IMG/VR virus record: IMGVR_UViG_3300031418_000005
Location: 182,338-246,337 of that record
Strand: one strand, 5' to 3'
Length of the DNA stretch: 64,000 nt
DNA from: a virus
This document shows positions 37,123-47,187 of the stretch, piece after piece. How positions within the stretch are numbered: position 1 is the first letter of the stretch; each line of letters starts with the position of its first letter. The notes beneath the pieces are model-generated. The model did not search any database. It saw nothing but the letters and a program-made list of their open reading frames with translations, and was not told where the DNA came from. Made by a program: the position numbers and the translations under genes.

Positions 37123-38649
37123 CTATTGATTAAAACCAGTTAACTCGCCATTGGCATTGGCTAAGTCATAGGCCGTTGATGTTTTATAGTCAACGGTTAG
37201 TGTCGTGACAGGGCGGCGCAAGACGCGGTTCCATCCCGTCTGTTTAATGTTGCGCGGCGGTTCACTCGCTACCGCGGTACGAACAGGGCGGAGTATTCGT
37301 GACCAGCCAAAGGTGTTGACAGGTTGCATCGGCTGGAGCGTCTGCGAAACCAGCGGTATACGTAATGCGCCCGCCTGCTCCCACTTCACATCACTTAATG
37401 TCAGTAATACCCCAGTCACTTCTGGACTGATACTGACCAACGGCCTCCGCAGCATCCCCGAAGGGTTCCCCACCAGATAGTCAAGGGGTAGCGCCACTTT
37501 ATTGACATCGACCAGTTCCAGGAATGGACGCCAACCACCCAAGAAGGTGGTACGATCGTATTGGCCTTGGTTTAATCCCACCATGCTACTGCCGTACGCT
37601 AACCGAGTATCGCGAGCCGATGTAGTTTGGCACCAGAATCCGCTACCTTCGATGGTTTGTCCGTCCCACTCCCCCGTGGCAAAACCGCCAGAAGGCACTA
37701 TCTTCGCAAACAGTCGTGCGATATCACCGCCAGGGTCAGGGGTTAAGTTGACCCCACCATATTCCCAGGGGTCGCTACCTGCGAGTTTCGGCATAGCAGG
37801 TGACAAGAACCATTCTCGACCGTTCTCGGTTTTTCGCATGATGCTTTTCTGACGCACTAACGTACCGTCAGGAGGAAGCTGTTTGTTGTCGGGGGTGTCT
37901 GTCTCGTAGGCGGCACCCAACTTATACAACTCCAACCAGCGAATGTTTATCTGGTTATAACTGGCCAGATAAACAATCTTGCCGTCTCGGGCGAACTTAT
38001 ACCAGACACGGTTTGCGGGTAGGGCGTTCAGTGTACCGTACAGTTCAGTACGCCCCTGGTTAAGTTGGCTGTACACCTCCATAGGAGAGAACAGTTCCGC
38101 CTCGGGCACCACTCCGAAATAGCCCTCAGTCATATCGCCAATCAACATCACCTTCGAACCCGGACCAGAATCTGGGAAGACACCGACCGGTTGACGTGAC
38201 CAGGTAATCGGTAATGAACCTGTGTAAGCTAATGAGGTACTGGCGATGTTAAGGGTAAGCTGATTCGGTGTGTAGCCATACGGGAGTTTGGTGGTAGCGT
38301 TGCTTAAATCCGACGCCGTTAACCCTAGCCCGTATTGCGCATTTAGCGCAGGTAATAAATCGGCATAGGTTTTTGATGACCCACTTGCCTGAAATACCAC
38401 GGTAATCCCTTTGAACATCTGGCCGATATTGAGCCTGTCGTAGAAGAACTCTTTCTTCCCGGCAAATCCGTTACCCAGCCGTCCGTTTAGAATAATGCGG
38501 GCATTGCGCCCGCTTACTGTAGGATTCGCGGTATAGGGGCCGCCAAGCACCATGATGGTGTTGGCGTCAAGTGTCCCTGCAAGTGCAGGATTGTCCCGTT
38601 CGATTTGCCGACATAGCAACTCGAGGGACGTCTTGTTGTAAAGCCCCAT
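37123..38649 (-). CDS. Structural module 3, subunit A
   Basis: RN..G..G.KEFFYDRL N-domain, SGPG..GD..GYFG domain, C-terminal NGELTGF. Confidence 0.7.
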   Translation of the reverse strand: MGLYNKTSLELLCRQIERDNPALAGTLDANTIMVLGGPYTANPTVSGRNARIILNGRLGNGFAGKKEFFYDRLNIGQMFKGITVVFQASGSSKTYADLLPALNAQYGLGLTASDLSNATTKLPYGYTPNQLTLNIASTSLAYTGSLPITWSRQPVGVFPDSGPGSKVMLIGDMTEGYFGVVPEAELFSPMEVYSQLNQGRTELYGTLNALPANRVWYKFARDGKIVYLASYNQINIRWLELYKLGAAYETDTPDNKQLPPDGTLVRQKSIMRKTENGREWFLSPAMPKLAGSDPWEYGGVNLTPDPGGDIARLFAKIVPSGGFATGEWDGQTIEGSGFWCQTTSARDTRLAYGSSMVGLNQGQYDRTTFLGGWRPFLELVDVNKVALPLDYLVGNPSGMLRRPLVSISPEVTGVLLTLSDVKWEQAGALRIPLVSQTLQPMQPVNTFGWSRILRPVRTAVASEPPRNIKQTGWNRVLRRPVTTLTVDYKTSTAYDLANANGELTGFNQ

Positions 38650-38659
38650 AACCCCTCCG

Positions 38660-39544
38660 TTAAGGCATGATAAGTTCTAACACCAGTGTTTGTGCAACCG
38701 CACTGCCGCTGTTATAAGCAGTCAGGGTTTCGGGACGTGTCCCCGTCACCCCAGCCACGTTAACACTGGTTTGTAGATGCGGTCCCATGGCTGCAACAGT
38801 CGAACCGTCATCAAATAAACGTGTTCTACTGCCCACTGTGGTATCAATACCGTCCGCCACCATTCGGGCAACTGTCTCACGCCATTCACCACCTAGTGTG
38901 TCGGCCTGGTTGACCAAGTATTGGTTCAGTGGAATGTTTGACATTCGCGGTAAGCGCACAATGTAGTTCAATCCACCAATACTTACCACCGTGCGCTGGT
39001 TCACAGTACCGGTAGGGCCGTTTGGCGACATACCTACATCATCGGTACCAAATACCAATCCCGCGCTATAGAGCTGGGACCAGGAAGCGGTAACGATTGA
39101 TGCGTTCGGGTAAAAGAACACTTTGCCTTTATACACGAACTTGTACCAGTTGCTGGGCTCGCCGTTACCCGGCAAAGCGGCTAAGGCAGGAAGCTTGGCA
39201 CGCAAGGCCGCATTGGTGATGAATTTAGAAGGCGGGACGAAATCCATTAATCCCGCGTTCCAATCACCCCGTAGTACAAAATTGTTCCCCGGCCCGGTTT
39301 CAGCGAAATAACCACTGAGCATGTTGTCTGACCATGCACGGTCGCTTCCTTTCTTCACCGCAATACGGTAATAGTACAACGATTTGTTTTTAACCGTATT
39401 GTCCTCGTAAGCCACGCTGTTGCCTGCCAAGGTCACCAGAGGTGTGCCGGGATTCTTACTGTCTATTTTGGTTGCACTACGATAGATTTCAATCCCATCG
39501 AGTGACTGGGACGACTGATCGTCCCACTGTAATTTAATCCCCAC
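38660..39544 (-). CDS. Structural module 2, subunit C
   Basis: IKLQWDDQ..IEIYR; GPG..LRGDW. Confidence 0.7.
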   Translation of the reverse strand: MGIKLQWDDQSSQSLDGIEIYRSATKIDSKNPGTPLVTLAGNSVAYEDNTVKNKSLYYYRIAVKKGSDRAWSDNMLSGYFAETGPGNNFVLRGDWNAGLMDFVPPSKFITNAALRAKLPALAALPGNGEPSNWYKFVYKGKVFFYPNASIVTASWSQLYSAGLVFGTDDVGMSPNGPTGTVNQRTVVSIGGLNYIVRLPRMSNIPLNQYLVNQADTLGGEWRETVARMVADGIDTTVGSRTRLFDDGSTVAAMGPHLQTSVNVAGVTGTRPETLTAYNSGSAVAQTLVLELIMP

Positions 39545-39554
39545 GGGAATCTCC

Positions 39555-40595
39555 TCAGAGAGTTACGGTTTGTTCAACCAGTTCCAGTACCGGCACCCAC
39601 ATATTCGCTACGGCTGCTGCCCCGTAGTTAATGGCGGAGAGGTTGGCCTTGGTTGACGGACTACCTTGGTTTGCGTTTAGGGTGATTGCACGCTGCCCAC
39701 GGGTAAGTACGTTGCCGTTCGCTGCACGTTCTTGCACGCCGATACGGAACTGCGCCAACCACGAGTTGTACGTACCGTTATCATACGTCGATATCGGTGT
39801 CGCCAACCACTTATCGGGACTTTGGTTGTTGTAGTTTTCCGTACGCTGTTTCAGGGGAACAAACTTACACAACGCGTAAAGGAAGTCGTTGTATTCATTC
39901 GGGACGGCTTCTGGCACAGTGTCGTGGTTACCGGTATTCGTGGTAACGTAGTTCGCCACATCGGTAATTGGACCATCGCTCCAGCCCCGCATCATCCGGA
40001 TTTTATAACGTTGCCCCTGGAAGTCAAAGGTACGTAACTGGTTAACGGGTCCACTTAGGCCCACGGTGGGATACCCAGTCGGCCCCGGTCCATCTACGCC
40101 ATAAACGAACCCTGCATTATACAACGATGCGAAGGCAGCGCCCGTCGAGAAAAACTGATCCGGCACGTAGATGATTTTGTTGTTACGAATGAATTTATAC
40201 CAGGTAGGTTGAATCACGGGGACGCTCAACCCAGACGTACTGGCAGCAGCGGCCATAATGACTGAGCTGTTAACGAAGTCCGCCGCGAGTACCTCACCGA
40301 AGTAACCGATACTGGCATCACCGTATTTCAGTACGCTGGGGCCAATACCGCGGTTATCTGCCACCAGGATTTTCTGGCTGGCAGTGAACACCTCGTCGTT
40401 ATCGGTCTTACTGCCGAGAACGTAATAGTACGTGTTACCGTCAACGGCCGACTCATCAATCCAACTGGTTTCTCCGTTGGTCAGCTCTACTGACGGGGCG
40501 GGTAAACTTGAAGAATCAAAATCGGTATCTTTCCGATAAATACGCACTCGTGTTGCGACCAAGTTAGGGTTGGTCCATACAAGTTTTAAAGACAT
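39555..40595 (-). CDS. Structural module 2, subunit B
   Basis: LKLVWTNPN; RGIGP..YGD..GYFG. Confidence 0.7.
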   Translation of the reverse strand: MSLKLVWTNPNLVATRVRIYRKDTDFDSSSLPAPSVELTNGETSWIDESAVDGNTYYYVLGSKTDNDEVFTASQKILVADNRGIGPSVLKYGDASIGYFGEVLAADFVNSSVIMAAAASTSGLSVPVIQPTWYKFIRNNKIIYVPDQFFSTGAAFASLYNAGFVYGVDGPGPTGYPTVGLSGPVNQLRTFDFQGQRYKIRMMRGWSDGPITDVANYVTTNTGNHDTVPEAVPNEYNDFLYALCKFVPLKQRTENYNNQSPDKWLATPISTYDNGTYNSWLAQFRIGVQERAANGNVLTRGQRAITLNANQGSPSTKANLSAINYGAAAVANMWVPVLELVEQTVTL

Positions 40596-40607
40596 AGCGA
40601 TACCTTT

Positions 40608-42008
40608 TTAGAAACCGGACAATTCGCCGTTGGTCGTTGCCAAGTTGGTTCGGGTGGTAATCACAACACTCACTATCGGTCGGATAGGTTTAAGCTGTCT
40701 GACGATTGCCACGTTTTGCATTGCCGTAAGTGGGATGGGGGTCAAAGGACGCAGGTAAGGTTTCTTTAGTAGACTGTAAAGACTACCGACCACATCAATG
40801 ACACGCACCAACTGTTTCGGGTCAGGTGTTTTATCCACCCACAAACCCGGCGAACGTAATGGCGCTAAGCGGGTAGCTTTGACATTCTTCACCGGTACCA
40901 GATACAGCTTCCCGTCAACCAGGATGACCAATGGTCGCCAGTTATACGTATTGACGATCGGTTGTGGATTGACCGAAGTCAAGTTGAATTGCGCGATAAC
41001 CGCCGAGTTACCACTGGACGCTGCGTAGCGGTTTAACCACCAGAACACTTCGGCCATGTTGATAGTTGTCAGTTCATCCCACGCGCCAGTCCCGTAAGTC
41101 TGCTTATGGACTTTGTTGAACAGGCGTTCTTGATCTGAGGTTGCGTCACCGCGTGCCGGGGTTACCACTTCGGTGGTGCTGATTCTCGGCAAACGTAACT
41201 GCGCAAACACCGCACTAGAATCTCCCGCCGTAAAGGCAACTGGAATCTTAGCATCAGCACGACCTGCGCCGTTGTTTACGATATCGTTCCAGATTAACCC
41301 GGTACCGATGTTTTTACTGGGGAAGTAACAAATCTTACCATCCAAAGCAAACTTCATCCAGAACATGTCATTGTCGGTTACACCCGTAGCCGACCCTAAT
41401 GACTTCCCTTCGGCAAAACTTGCAAACAAATCCCCGCCCGAAATAAACTCTTGCTGAGTTACCATCCCGAAGTACCCTTCGTTCATGTCACCCATTAGCA
41501 TCGTTTTACTGCCTGGGCCCGAGTCCGGATAAATCCCGGTTGCTCCCCGTTGCCACATCAGGGTCAGCGACCCGGTGAAACAGGGACAGGTCGTGGCCAT
41601 GGCCAGTGTAACGGAAACGGGCGTACGCCCTAACCCCAGCGCAGTGGTCGGGGCAGCCAGGTCGCTTGCCGTTAAGCCTAGCCCTAACGCATCGTTAATC
41701 GTTGGCAATAGGTCAGCATACGTGGCCACTCCGTTAGGCATGGTCAACACCAGTTTGGAAAGCAGACTGGTGTAAATCGAATCCATTCTAAGGCGGTCGT
41801 AAAAGAACTCCTTACGCCCCGAAAAACCTGACCCCAGTTTCCCGTTTAACGTGATGCGGCTATTACGGCCGCTACCACTGACACCGGAAGTAAGGGGCCC
41901 GCTTAAGATAAGGACATTGTCTTTCGTCAGCGGGTAAGGTAGTCCGGGGTTATCACGGATTATCTGCTGGCACAACAGTGTCAGCGAGGTATCACTGTAA
42001 AACCCCAT
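40608..42008 (-). CDS. Structural module 2, subunit A
   Basis: RNSRITLNG..KEFFYDRL; SGPG; C-terminal NGELSGF. Confidence 0.7.
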   Translation of the reverse strand: MGFYSDTSLTLLCQQIIRDNPGLPYPLTKDNVLILSGPLTSGVSGSGRNSRITLNGKLGSGFSGRKEFFYDRLRMDSIYTSLLSKLVLTMPNGVATYADLLPTINDALGLGLTASDLAAPTTALGLGRTPVSVTLAMATTCPCFTGSLTLMWQRGATGIYPDSGPGSKTMLMGDMNEGYFGMVTQQEFISGGDLFASFAEGKSLGSATGVTDNDMFWMKFALDGKICYFPSKNIGTGLIWNDIVNNGAGRADAKIPVAFTAGDSSAVFAQLRLPRISTTEVVTPARGDATSDQERLFNKVHKQTYGTGAWDELTTINMAEVFWWLNRYAASSGNSAVIAQFNLTSVNPQPIVNTYNWRPLVILVDGKLYLVPVKNVKATRLAPLRSPGLWVDKTPDPKQLVRVIDVVGSLYSLLKKPYLRPLTPIPLTAMQNVAIVRQLKPIRPIVSVVITTRTNLATTNGELSGF

Positions 42009-42020
42009 GGTGCGTCTCCA

Positions 42021-42950
42021 TTACGGGAGGATTAATTCAAACACGAACGAGATGCCAATGTTCGAGGATAAAGAAGAAGTCGTTGTCCACGCATCGGGTC
42101 GGTAGCCGTAGGCGAAGAACACGGTACCTGCGGCATACATTGGCATCAGACATTGCGCCCCAGCGTCGCTTTGGTTGGCGGTGGTGCCCAGTAAAGGCAA
42201 CCCGCCGAACTTACCACGCCCTACCCCGTTCGCATCCAACGTTTTCGACGAGTCATTGGCGTTGCTGAACATCCGACCCATCGTCGAGAACCACTCACCG
42301 CTGATTTGGTCGAGTTTGTTGTCGTAGGCATCGCCGCGCGGCAAACGAATACGGTAGGTACGACCGTTCTTCGTGATGCGGGCATCTTGCTTAGTGGCGG
42401 TACTGCCGGAAGGAACGATCGACCCATTATCATCTGTTCCGTACGCCATTCCCCGCGTATAGACGTTGGAGAAAATCGCTTGGGTATGCTGGGTACCCGG
42501 AATGAACACGATTTTTCCCAGGTAGATGAACTTGTGCCACGTATTCGGTTCGTTGGCGAACAGCGCAGCTTGGTTAGCAGGCAGCAGTGCTTTGATTTCC
42601 GCAGTCGTGAAGAAGTCTGCGGCGGCCACCGGTCCAAAGTAACCACAATACCAGTCCCCACGGAGAATCGTCTGTGGTCCTGGGCCGGTATCCAGGAAGA
42701 AGCCCTGGACGATACGTCCACCAAACAACCGCTCGGTGTCTTTCACACCTGCCACCCAGTAGCTGTAGATGGTCTTCTCCGTAACGTCAGCCACATTCTC
42801 GATAAACTCTGTGGCTGTTGGCGAGAGCGTCTTATACGGCGTTCCAGGGGCGTTCACGTCGATGGTGGCGGCATACCCGACTTTACGATAGATTTCGATA
42901 GCAGTCAGGTTTTTGCTGGTTTGTGAAGTCCAGCTTAAACGAATGGTCAT
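42021..42950 (-). CDS. Structural module 1, subunit C
   Basis: IRLSWTSQ..IEIYR; GPGP..LRGDW..GYFG. Confidence 0.7.
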   Translation of the reverse strand: MTIRLSWTSQTSKNLTAIEIYRKVGYAATIDVNAPGTPYKTLSPTATEFIENVADVTEKTIYSYWVAGVKDTERLFGGRIVQGFFLDTGPGPQTILRGDWYCGYFGPVAAADFFTTAEIKALLPANQAALFANEPNTWHKFIYLGKIVFIPGTQHTQAIFSNVYTRGMAYGTDDNGSIVPSGSTATKQDARITKNGRTYRIRLPRGDAYDNKLDQISGEWFSTMGRMFSNANDSSKTLDANGVGRGKFGGLPLLGTTANQSDAGAQCLMPMYAAGTVFFAYGYRPDAWTTTSSLSSNIGISFVFELILP

Positions 42951-42958
42951 ACCTGCTC

Positions 42959-43954
42959 CTATTCTACCAGTTCAAAGATGGGGATATAACGACCGACCTG
43001 CTGCGGGGTCACGTAGTTGATGCGTTGCATCACACTGACTTGGGATGATGTTGTTATTGCAGGACTCATGAATAGCCCACGGTGGAGTACGCGCTCCGCC
43101 CCGCTGTCATGTTCCATACACACCAGCCCACCATTTAGTTGTGGTGAACTGCTAACTACACCCCCCGCACCGAAGTACGTAGAAGAATAAACGTGGGCGT
43201 TAATCGCACGTTGCTTGGCCGGGAAATCCAGCACCATCGCATACATCAGGTCGTTAAACTCGTTGTGACCAAGGTCGGTCGCATCGTGGTCTTTCAACTG
43301 ATAATCGTTGTTAAACGCTAACACTTCGCTGGCGTTCTGACCGACCATGCCACGCGGTACACGCATCCGGTAAACGTCACCCTTATGGATAACCTTCGCA
43401 TCCTGCTTGGTAGGTGTCAGCGTACCCCAGCCACCCTCAGGGCCATTGTCATCCCGCCCGTAAATCAGCCCGTTGGTGTAGAGTGCTGCCCAACTGGCAA
43501 ACCCGATAGCTGGCGTAAACTCAGGCACATACAGAATCTTGCCGTAATAGCTGAACTTCAACAACACTGGACGGTCAGTAAACACGTTCGGGAACATGGC
43601 CTGGAACGTGGCAGGAAGCTGATTGACATCAAAGCGTTCCTCGTAGGGCACCACACCCATAAAGCCGAGTTTATCGTCACCGTGAATAAAGGTGTTTGGC
43701 CCCATCCCGCGTTTCACCGCGATGGTGTACGGGGTAGACGGCCCTGCAACGGTCTTCCCGTTGGCCGTCACGGTCATCAGATAGTAGTACGTTTTGCCAC
43801 CTTGTGCAGTGGTGTCACGCCATTCCGTTTCCCCGTTACTTAACGTGGCAATCGGGGCCGGTAACGCACTGGTCAAAATGTCTTTGGTGTCACGGTAGAT
43901 ATTGATAACCGTGCTCTGTGTGTTCGGGTTTGTCCAGCGCAATATAAACGCCAT
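42959..43954 (-). CDS. Structural module 1, subunit B
   Basis: ILRWTNPN..INIYR; RGMGP..HGD..GFMG. Confidence 0.7.
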   Translation of the reverse strand: MAFILRWTNPNTQSTVINIYRDTKDILTSALPAPIATLSNGETEWRDTTAQGGKTYYYLMTVTANGKTVAGPSTPYTIAVKRGMGPNTFIHGDDKLGFMGVVPYEERFDVNQLPATFQAMFPNVFTDRPVLLKFSYYGKILYVPEFTPAIGFASWAALYTNGLIYGRDDNGPEGGWGTLTPTKQDAKVIHKGDVYRMRVPRGMVGQNASEVLAFNNDYQLKDHDATDLGHNEFNDLMYAMVLDFPAKQRAINAHVYSSTYFGAGGVVSSSPQLNGGLVCMEHDSGAERVLHRGLFMSPAITTSSQVSVMQRINYVTPQQVGRYIPIFELVE

Positions 43955-43966
43955 GGTGTCTTACCT

Positions 43967-45385
43967 CTAATTAAACCCACCCAATTCACCATTGAGGGAG
44001 GAAAGATTTGTTTTCACGGGTGCATCAACCTGGCTTGCTGTTACCGCGACCGGACGGAAATCCACGGTCTTCGGAGCAGACGGACTGAGCGGTGTTAAAG
44101 ACATCTTGTTCTCAGGTGTCGCAACAACCGGTTGGAACAATGTTGTTTTCGGCCCACTTGGCAACAGAGGCGCTAACACGAACTTCTGTTCACGACTGGC
44201 CACAATCGGGGTAAAGCTCGTTTCGAGTTTCCCGGTGAGATCCTCGAGTTTCAACAACGTTGTACCCGTATCCACTAACTCCAACACCGGCCACCAATAC
44301 CAGGCTGTCGCGGTATTCGTTTTAATGGTGTGTGTCGCCGAAAGTGATGCCGGAATAACCAGTTTAAAACTGTTAGTTCCACCGAGGATACTGTTAAGGA
44401 ATACCGCGTAGTTGTTACCTACCGCGGGTGCATCCTTTTCCCAAGGCCCCAGCCTTACTTTCGTCATCAGCTCAAGAATACTTCCTGCGTACTCACTGAG
44501 CGGGAGTGTCCCTGTAACCGTTGACATCGGGTCATTCACGCTGGCGGTAGGTAACCGGGGACGAAGATAGAACTTGCCCTCGGGTAGTGTCTTGGTCAGT
44601 ATCTTCGATTGGTTCACCGGTGTAACCGTCGGGTACGCCCCAACACCGTCTACGCCGTACGCAATACCTGCGTTGTAAATGATTGACCAGTTAACGTTGT
44701 ACGCCAGTGGGTTAATCGGGGTATAGATGATATTGCCCTGATAGAAGAACTTGTACCATCCTTCCGTCCCGATATACAGCGTGGCAGGTGTCCCCTTCAA
44801 TACCAGATTGTAGAGTTCAGTGTGTGTGAACAGTTCTGAGGCATCTACCTTACCGAAATACCCCATGAGCGTGTTACCCGCTCGCAAGGTTTTAGGCCCA
44901 GGTCCGGAACGGGGATAATAACCCACTACCGGTGCCTGATAAGAGAAATACACCGCACCTTGAAACGCCGGAGAGGTCGCAACGATATCCGCCTGTGCAG
45001 TGGTCGGGGAAGTTGTCGGACTCAGCGCCAGATTAGGCGACTGCAGATCATCCACGGTCAGATTAAGACCCAATGCGTCATTCAGATACGGCAGTGCATC
45101 TGTCAACGTCTTCACTGTCGTGGGTAGGTTAATCAGTGGCCGCAGACTCGGTTTAAACATTTGCCCCAGGTTAATACGATCGTAATAGAGGGTGATTTCC
45201 CCTCGGTATCCTTTCCCAGGATAGGCAACAAACACCACACGGGTATTACGCCCGTTAGCACTAACAGCCGTTGGGTTTGACTTTAACGCCGCAATATCTT
45301 CAGCCATCTTAATCGGTAAATCCGGGTTATCCCGGTTCACCTGGTCGTAGATTAACTGCAGTGCCTTTTTAGAATAGAATTGCAT
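43967..45385 (-). CDS. Structural module 1, subunit A
   Basis: RNTRV..GYRG..YYDRI; SGPG..GYFG; C-terminal NGELGGF. Confidence 0.7.
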   Translation of the reverse strand: MQFYSKKALQLIYDQVNRDNPDLPIKMAEDIAALKSNPTAVSANGRNTRVVFVAYPGKGYRGEITLYYDRINLGQMFKPSLRPLINLPTTVKTLTDALPYLNDALGLNLTVDDLQSPNLALSPTTSPTTAQADIVATSPAFQGAVYFSYQAPVVGYYPRSGPGPKTLRAGNTLMGYFGKVDASELFTHTELYNLVLKGTPATLYIGTEGWYKFFYQGNIIYTPINPLAYNVNWSIIYNAGIAYGVDGVGAYPTVTPVNQSKILTKTLPEGKFYLRPRLPTASVNDPMSTVTGTLPLSEYAGSILELMTKVRLGPWEKDAPAVGNNYAVFLNSILGGTNSFKLVIPASLSATHTIKTNTATAWYWWPVLELVDTGTTLLKLEDLTGKLETSFTPIVASREQKFVLAPLLPSGPKTTLFQPVVATPENKMSLTPLSPSAPKTVDFRPVAVTASQVDAPVKTNLSSLNGELGGFN

Positions 45386-45439
45386 AGCGACTCCTAAGCC
45401 TACCTACGACAAAAAAGAAAGGGCCCGCAGGCCCTTGGT

Positions 45440-46285
45440 TTAGTTGTTGTAGTGATAGTAGGCTACACCCTTCGCCCCGGTCTCATCGATACCGGTTTGA
45501 ATCACCACGCGGTCGTAGTCTTTGTTCGCCCACTGGTTAGTGGAAGTAGCGACATCCTGCACGAAGTTAGAGTTCAACGGTGCAGCATAGTTCGGCACAC
45601 CCAGACTGTCCAGCAGATTACGCAGACCCGCCCATTGTGTCAGACCACCCGAGGTGACGGCCAACAGGTTCTTGTACGCGGTGAAGTCGATACCCCAGGT
45701 CATCAAGTCCACACACTTCTGATTCCCATCGAGGCTAATCGGGTGTTTCATGACGTTTAAGGTATCGATGGTAATGGACGTATCCAGTACCGGCAAACCC
45801 CGTTTCAGATAACCCGTAAAGCTACTGACGTAAGCAGGTGAAGTCGCCAATGCAGTACAGTTGTAGTTCAGGTTATAGTTCGCCTGACCTATCCCAGAAA
45901 AGGGGACGTTCTGCACATCTTTGGGTTGCAAGTTAATCCCGTACGCATCCAGAATGGCAGGCAGTAAATCGTGCAGCGACGCAGCCGTAAAGCTGGTAAT
46001 GCCTGCCGCGGTACGCGTGTTGGTACCCAGACTCCACCAGGGGATGATGCGTCCCAGGTTAATACGGTCGTAAAAGAGCGTAATAGAGTCGCGATAGCCT
46101 GCGCCCTGCACACCACGTAAACGGGCCTGGGTGTTACGGTTGTTTGTAGCAGCAGAAGGTTGTACCGTGGTAATCTTTTCCACGATGACGTTCTGGTCGC
46201 TTACCGGAATCGGTAAACCGGGGTTGTCCCGGTTTATCAGATCGAACACCAGTAAGTCGGAGACTTTACCGTAGTTCAGTGACAT
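45440..46285 (-). CDS. Putative virion structural protein (RNT/YDR family), 281 aa
   Basis: RNTQARL..GYR..FYDRI; ends YYHYNN. Confidence 0.7.
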   Translation of the reverse strand: MSLNYGKVSDLLVFDLINRDNPGLPIPVSDQNVIVEKITTVQPSAATNNRNTQARLRGVQGAGYRDSITLFYDRINLGRIIPWWSLGTNTRTAAGITSFTAASLHDLLPAILDAYGINLQPKDVQNVPFSGIGQANYNLNYNCTALATSPAYVSSFTGYLKRGLPVLDTSITIDTLNVMKHPISLDGNQKCVDLMTWGIDFTAYKNLLAVTSGGLTQWAGLRNLLDSLGVPNYAAPLNSNFVQDVATSTNQWANKDYDRVVIQTGIDETGAKGVAYYHYNN

Positions 46286-46288
46286 ACA

Positions 46289-47176
46289 TTACACCTCGTT
46301 CGGGTCTTCAGGCTTATTGAACTGCAGATACATGGTACCCACAACGGCGGTGTTGGACGCAGGCATCTTCACAGCCAGCACGAAGCTGTACTTCGCGTTG
46401 GTCGGCATCGCGACTGGGTCGTTGGCACCGATAGAGATGACTTCTGCCCCAGACAGACCCCAGGTGGCGTTGTTGGTGGTGACCCACGAGCCGCCGGTGA
46501 TAGCGTTCATCGCATTGACGAAGTTCGCCAGGTTGTCGCCCGTCAGTACACCCGGTACGAAGGACTTGAACAGGTCGTGGTACTGCGTGAAGTCGTACGG
46601 GTACGAGTACACCTGTGCAATTGTTGCACTGACCGTTTCGGAACCCATCTGCCCGTTCGGGTATTTCAGACCAGACAGTGTATTGGTCGTCACTTTCGAC
46701 GGCAGAGATTCGTCACCCTTCGCGACTTTGAAGTTGTACTCGCCAATCCAGCCCAGTGAGGTTGGGTTCGCGGTAACCTTCACGGTACCGGCAGTCTTGT
46801 CATCGTTCCAGACAATTTCTGCTTCCAGCAAATCAGCCGTTTCAAACACAAAACCGTAACGCAGGTTCAGGGCTGGAATCGCCGCTTGCAGACTGGTGTT
46901 GGATGGCCCGATATAGAGCGTGTCACCAATCAGGGTAACCAAGTCCTGGATTTGCAGACGGTCGTAGAAGACGTTCTTCTTACCTGACCAGGTAGACCCG
47001 GCAACGCCATCGGCGGTCACTTTTACCTGGGTATTCTTTTTGGTCGTGTTACCTTTATCGGTACCACGAATGTCTTTCGGCACGCTGTACACAATGTCCG
47101 TCTGCTTTACGCTGATGGAGTTCTGTGCATTGATAGCAGCCAGAATGACGTCCTTCGATGGTTGATAGATTGCCAT
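46289..47176 (-). CDS. Putative virion structural protein (RNT/YDR family), 295 aa
   Basis: Likely start MAIYQP at 47176; KNT..WSG..FYDRL; LSGLKYP. Confidence 0.7.
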   Translation of the reverse strand: MAIYQPSKDVILAAINAQNSISVKQTDIVYSVPKDIRGTDKGNTTKKNTQVKVTADGVAGSTWSGKKNVFYDRLQIQDLVTLIGDTLYIGPSNTSLQAAIPALNLRYGFVFETADLLEAEIVWNDDKTAGTVKVTANPTSLGWIGEYNFKVAKGDESLPSKVTTNTLSGLKYPNGQMGSETVSATIAQVYSYPYDFTQYHDLFKSFVPGVLTGDNLANFVNAMNAITGGSWVTTNNATWGLSGAEVISIGANDPVAMPTNAKYSFVLAVKMPASNTAVVGTMYLQFNKPEDPNEV

Positions 47177-47187
47177 TCGTTTTATTC

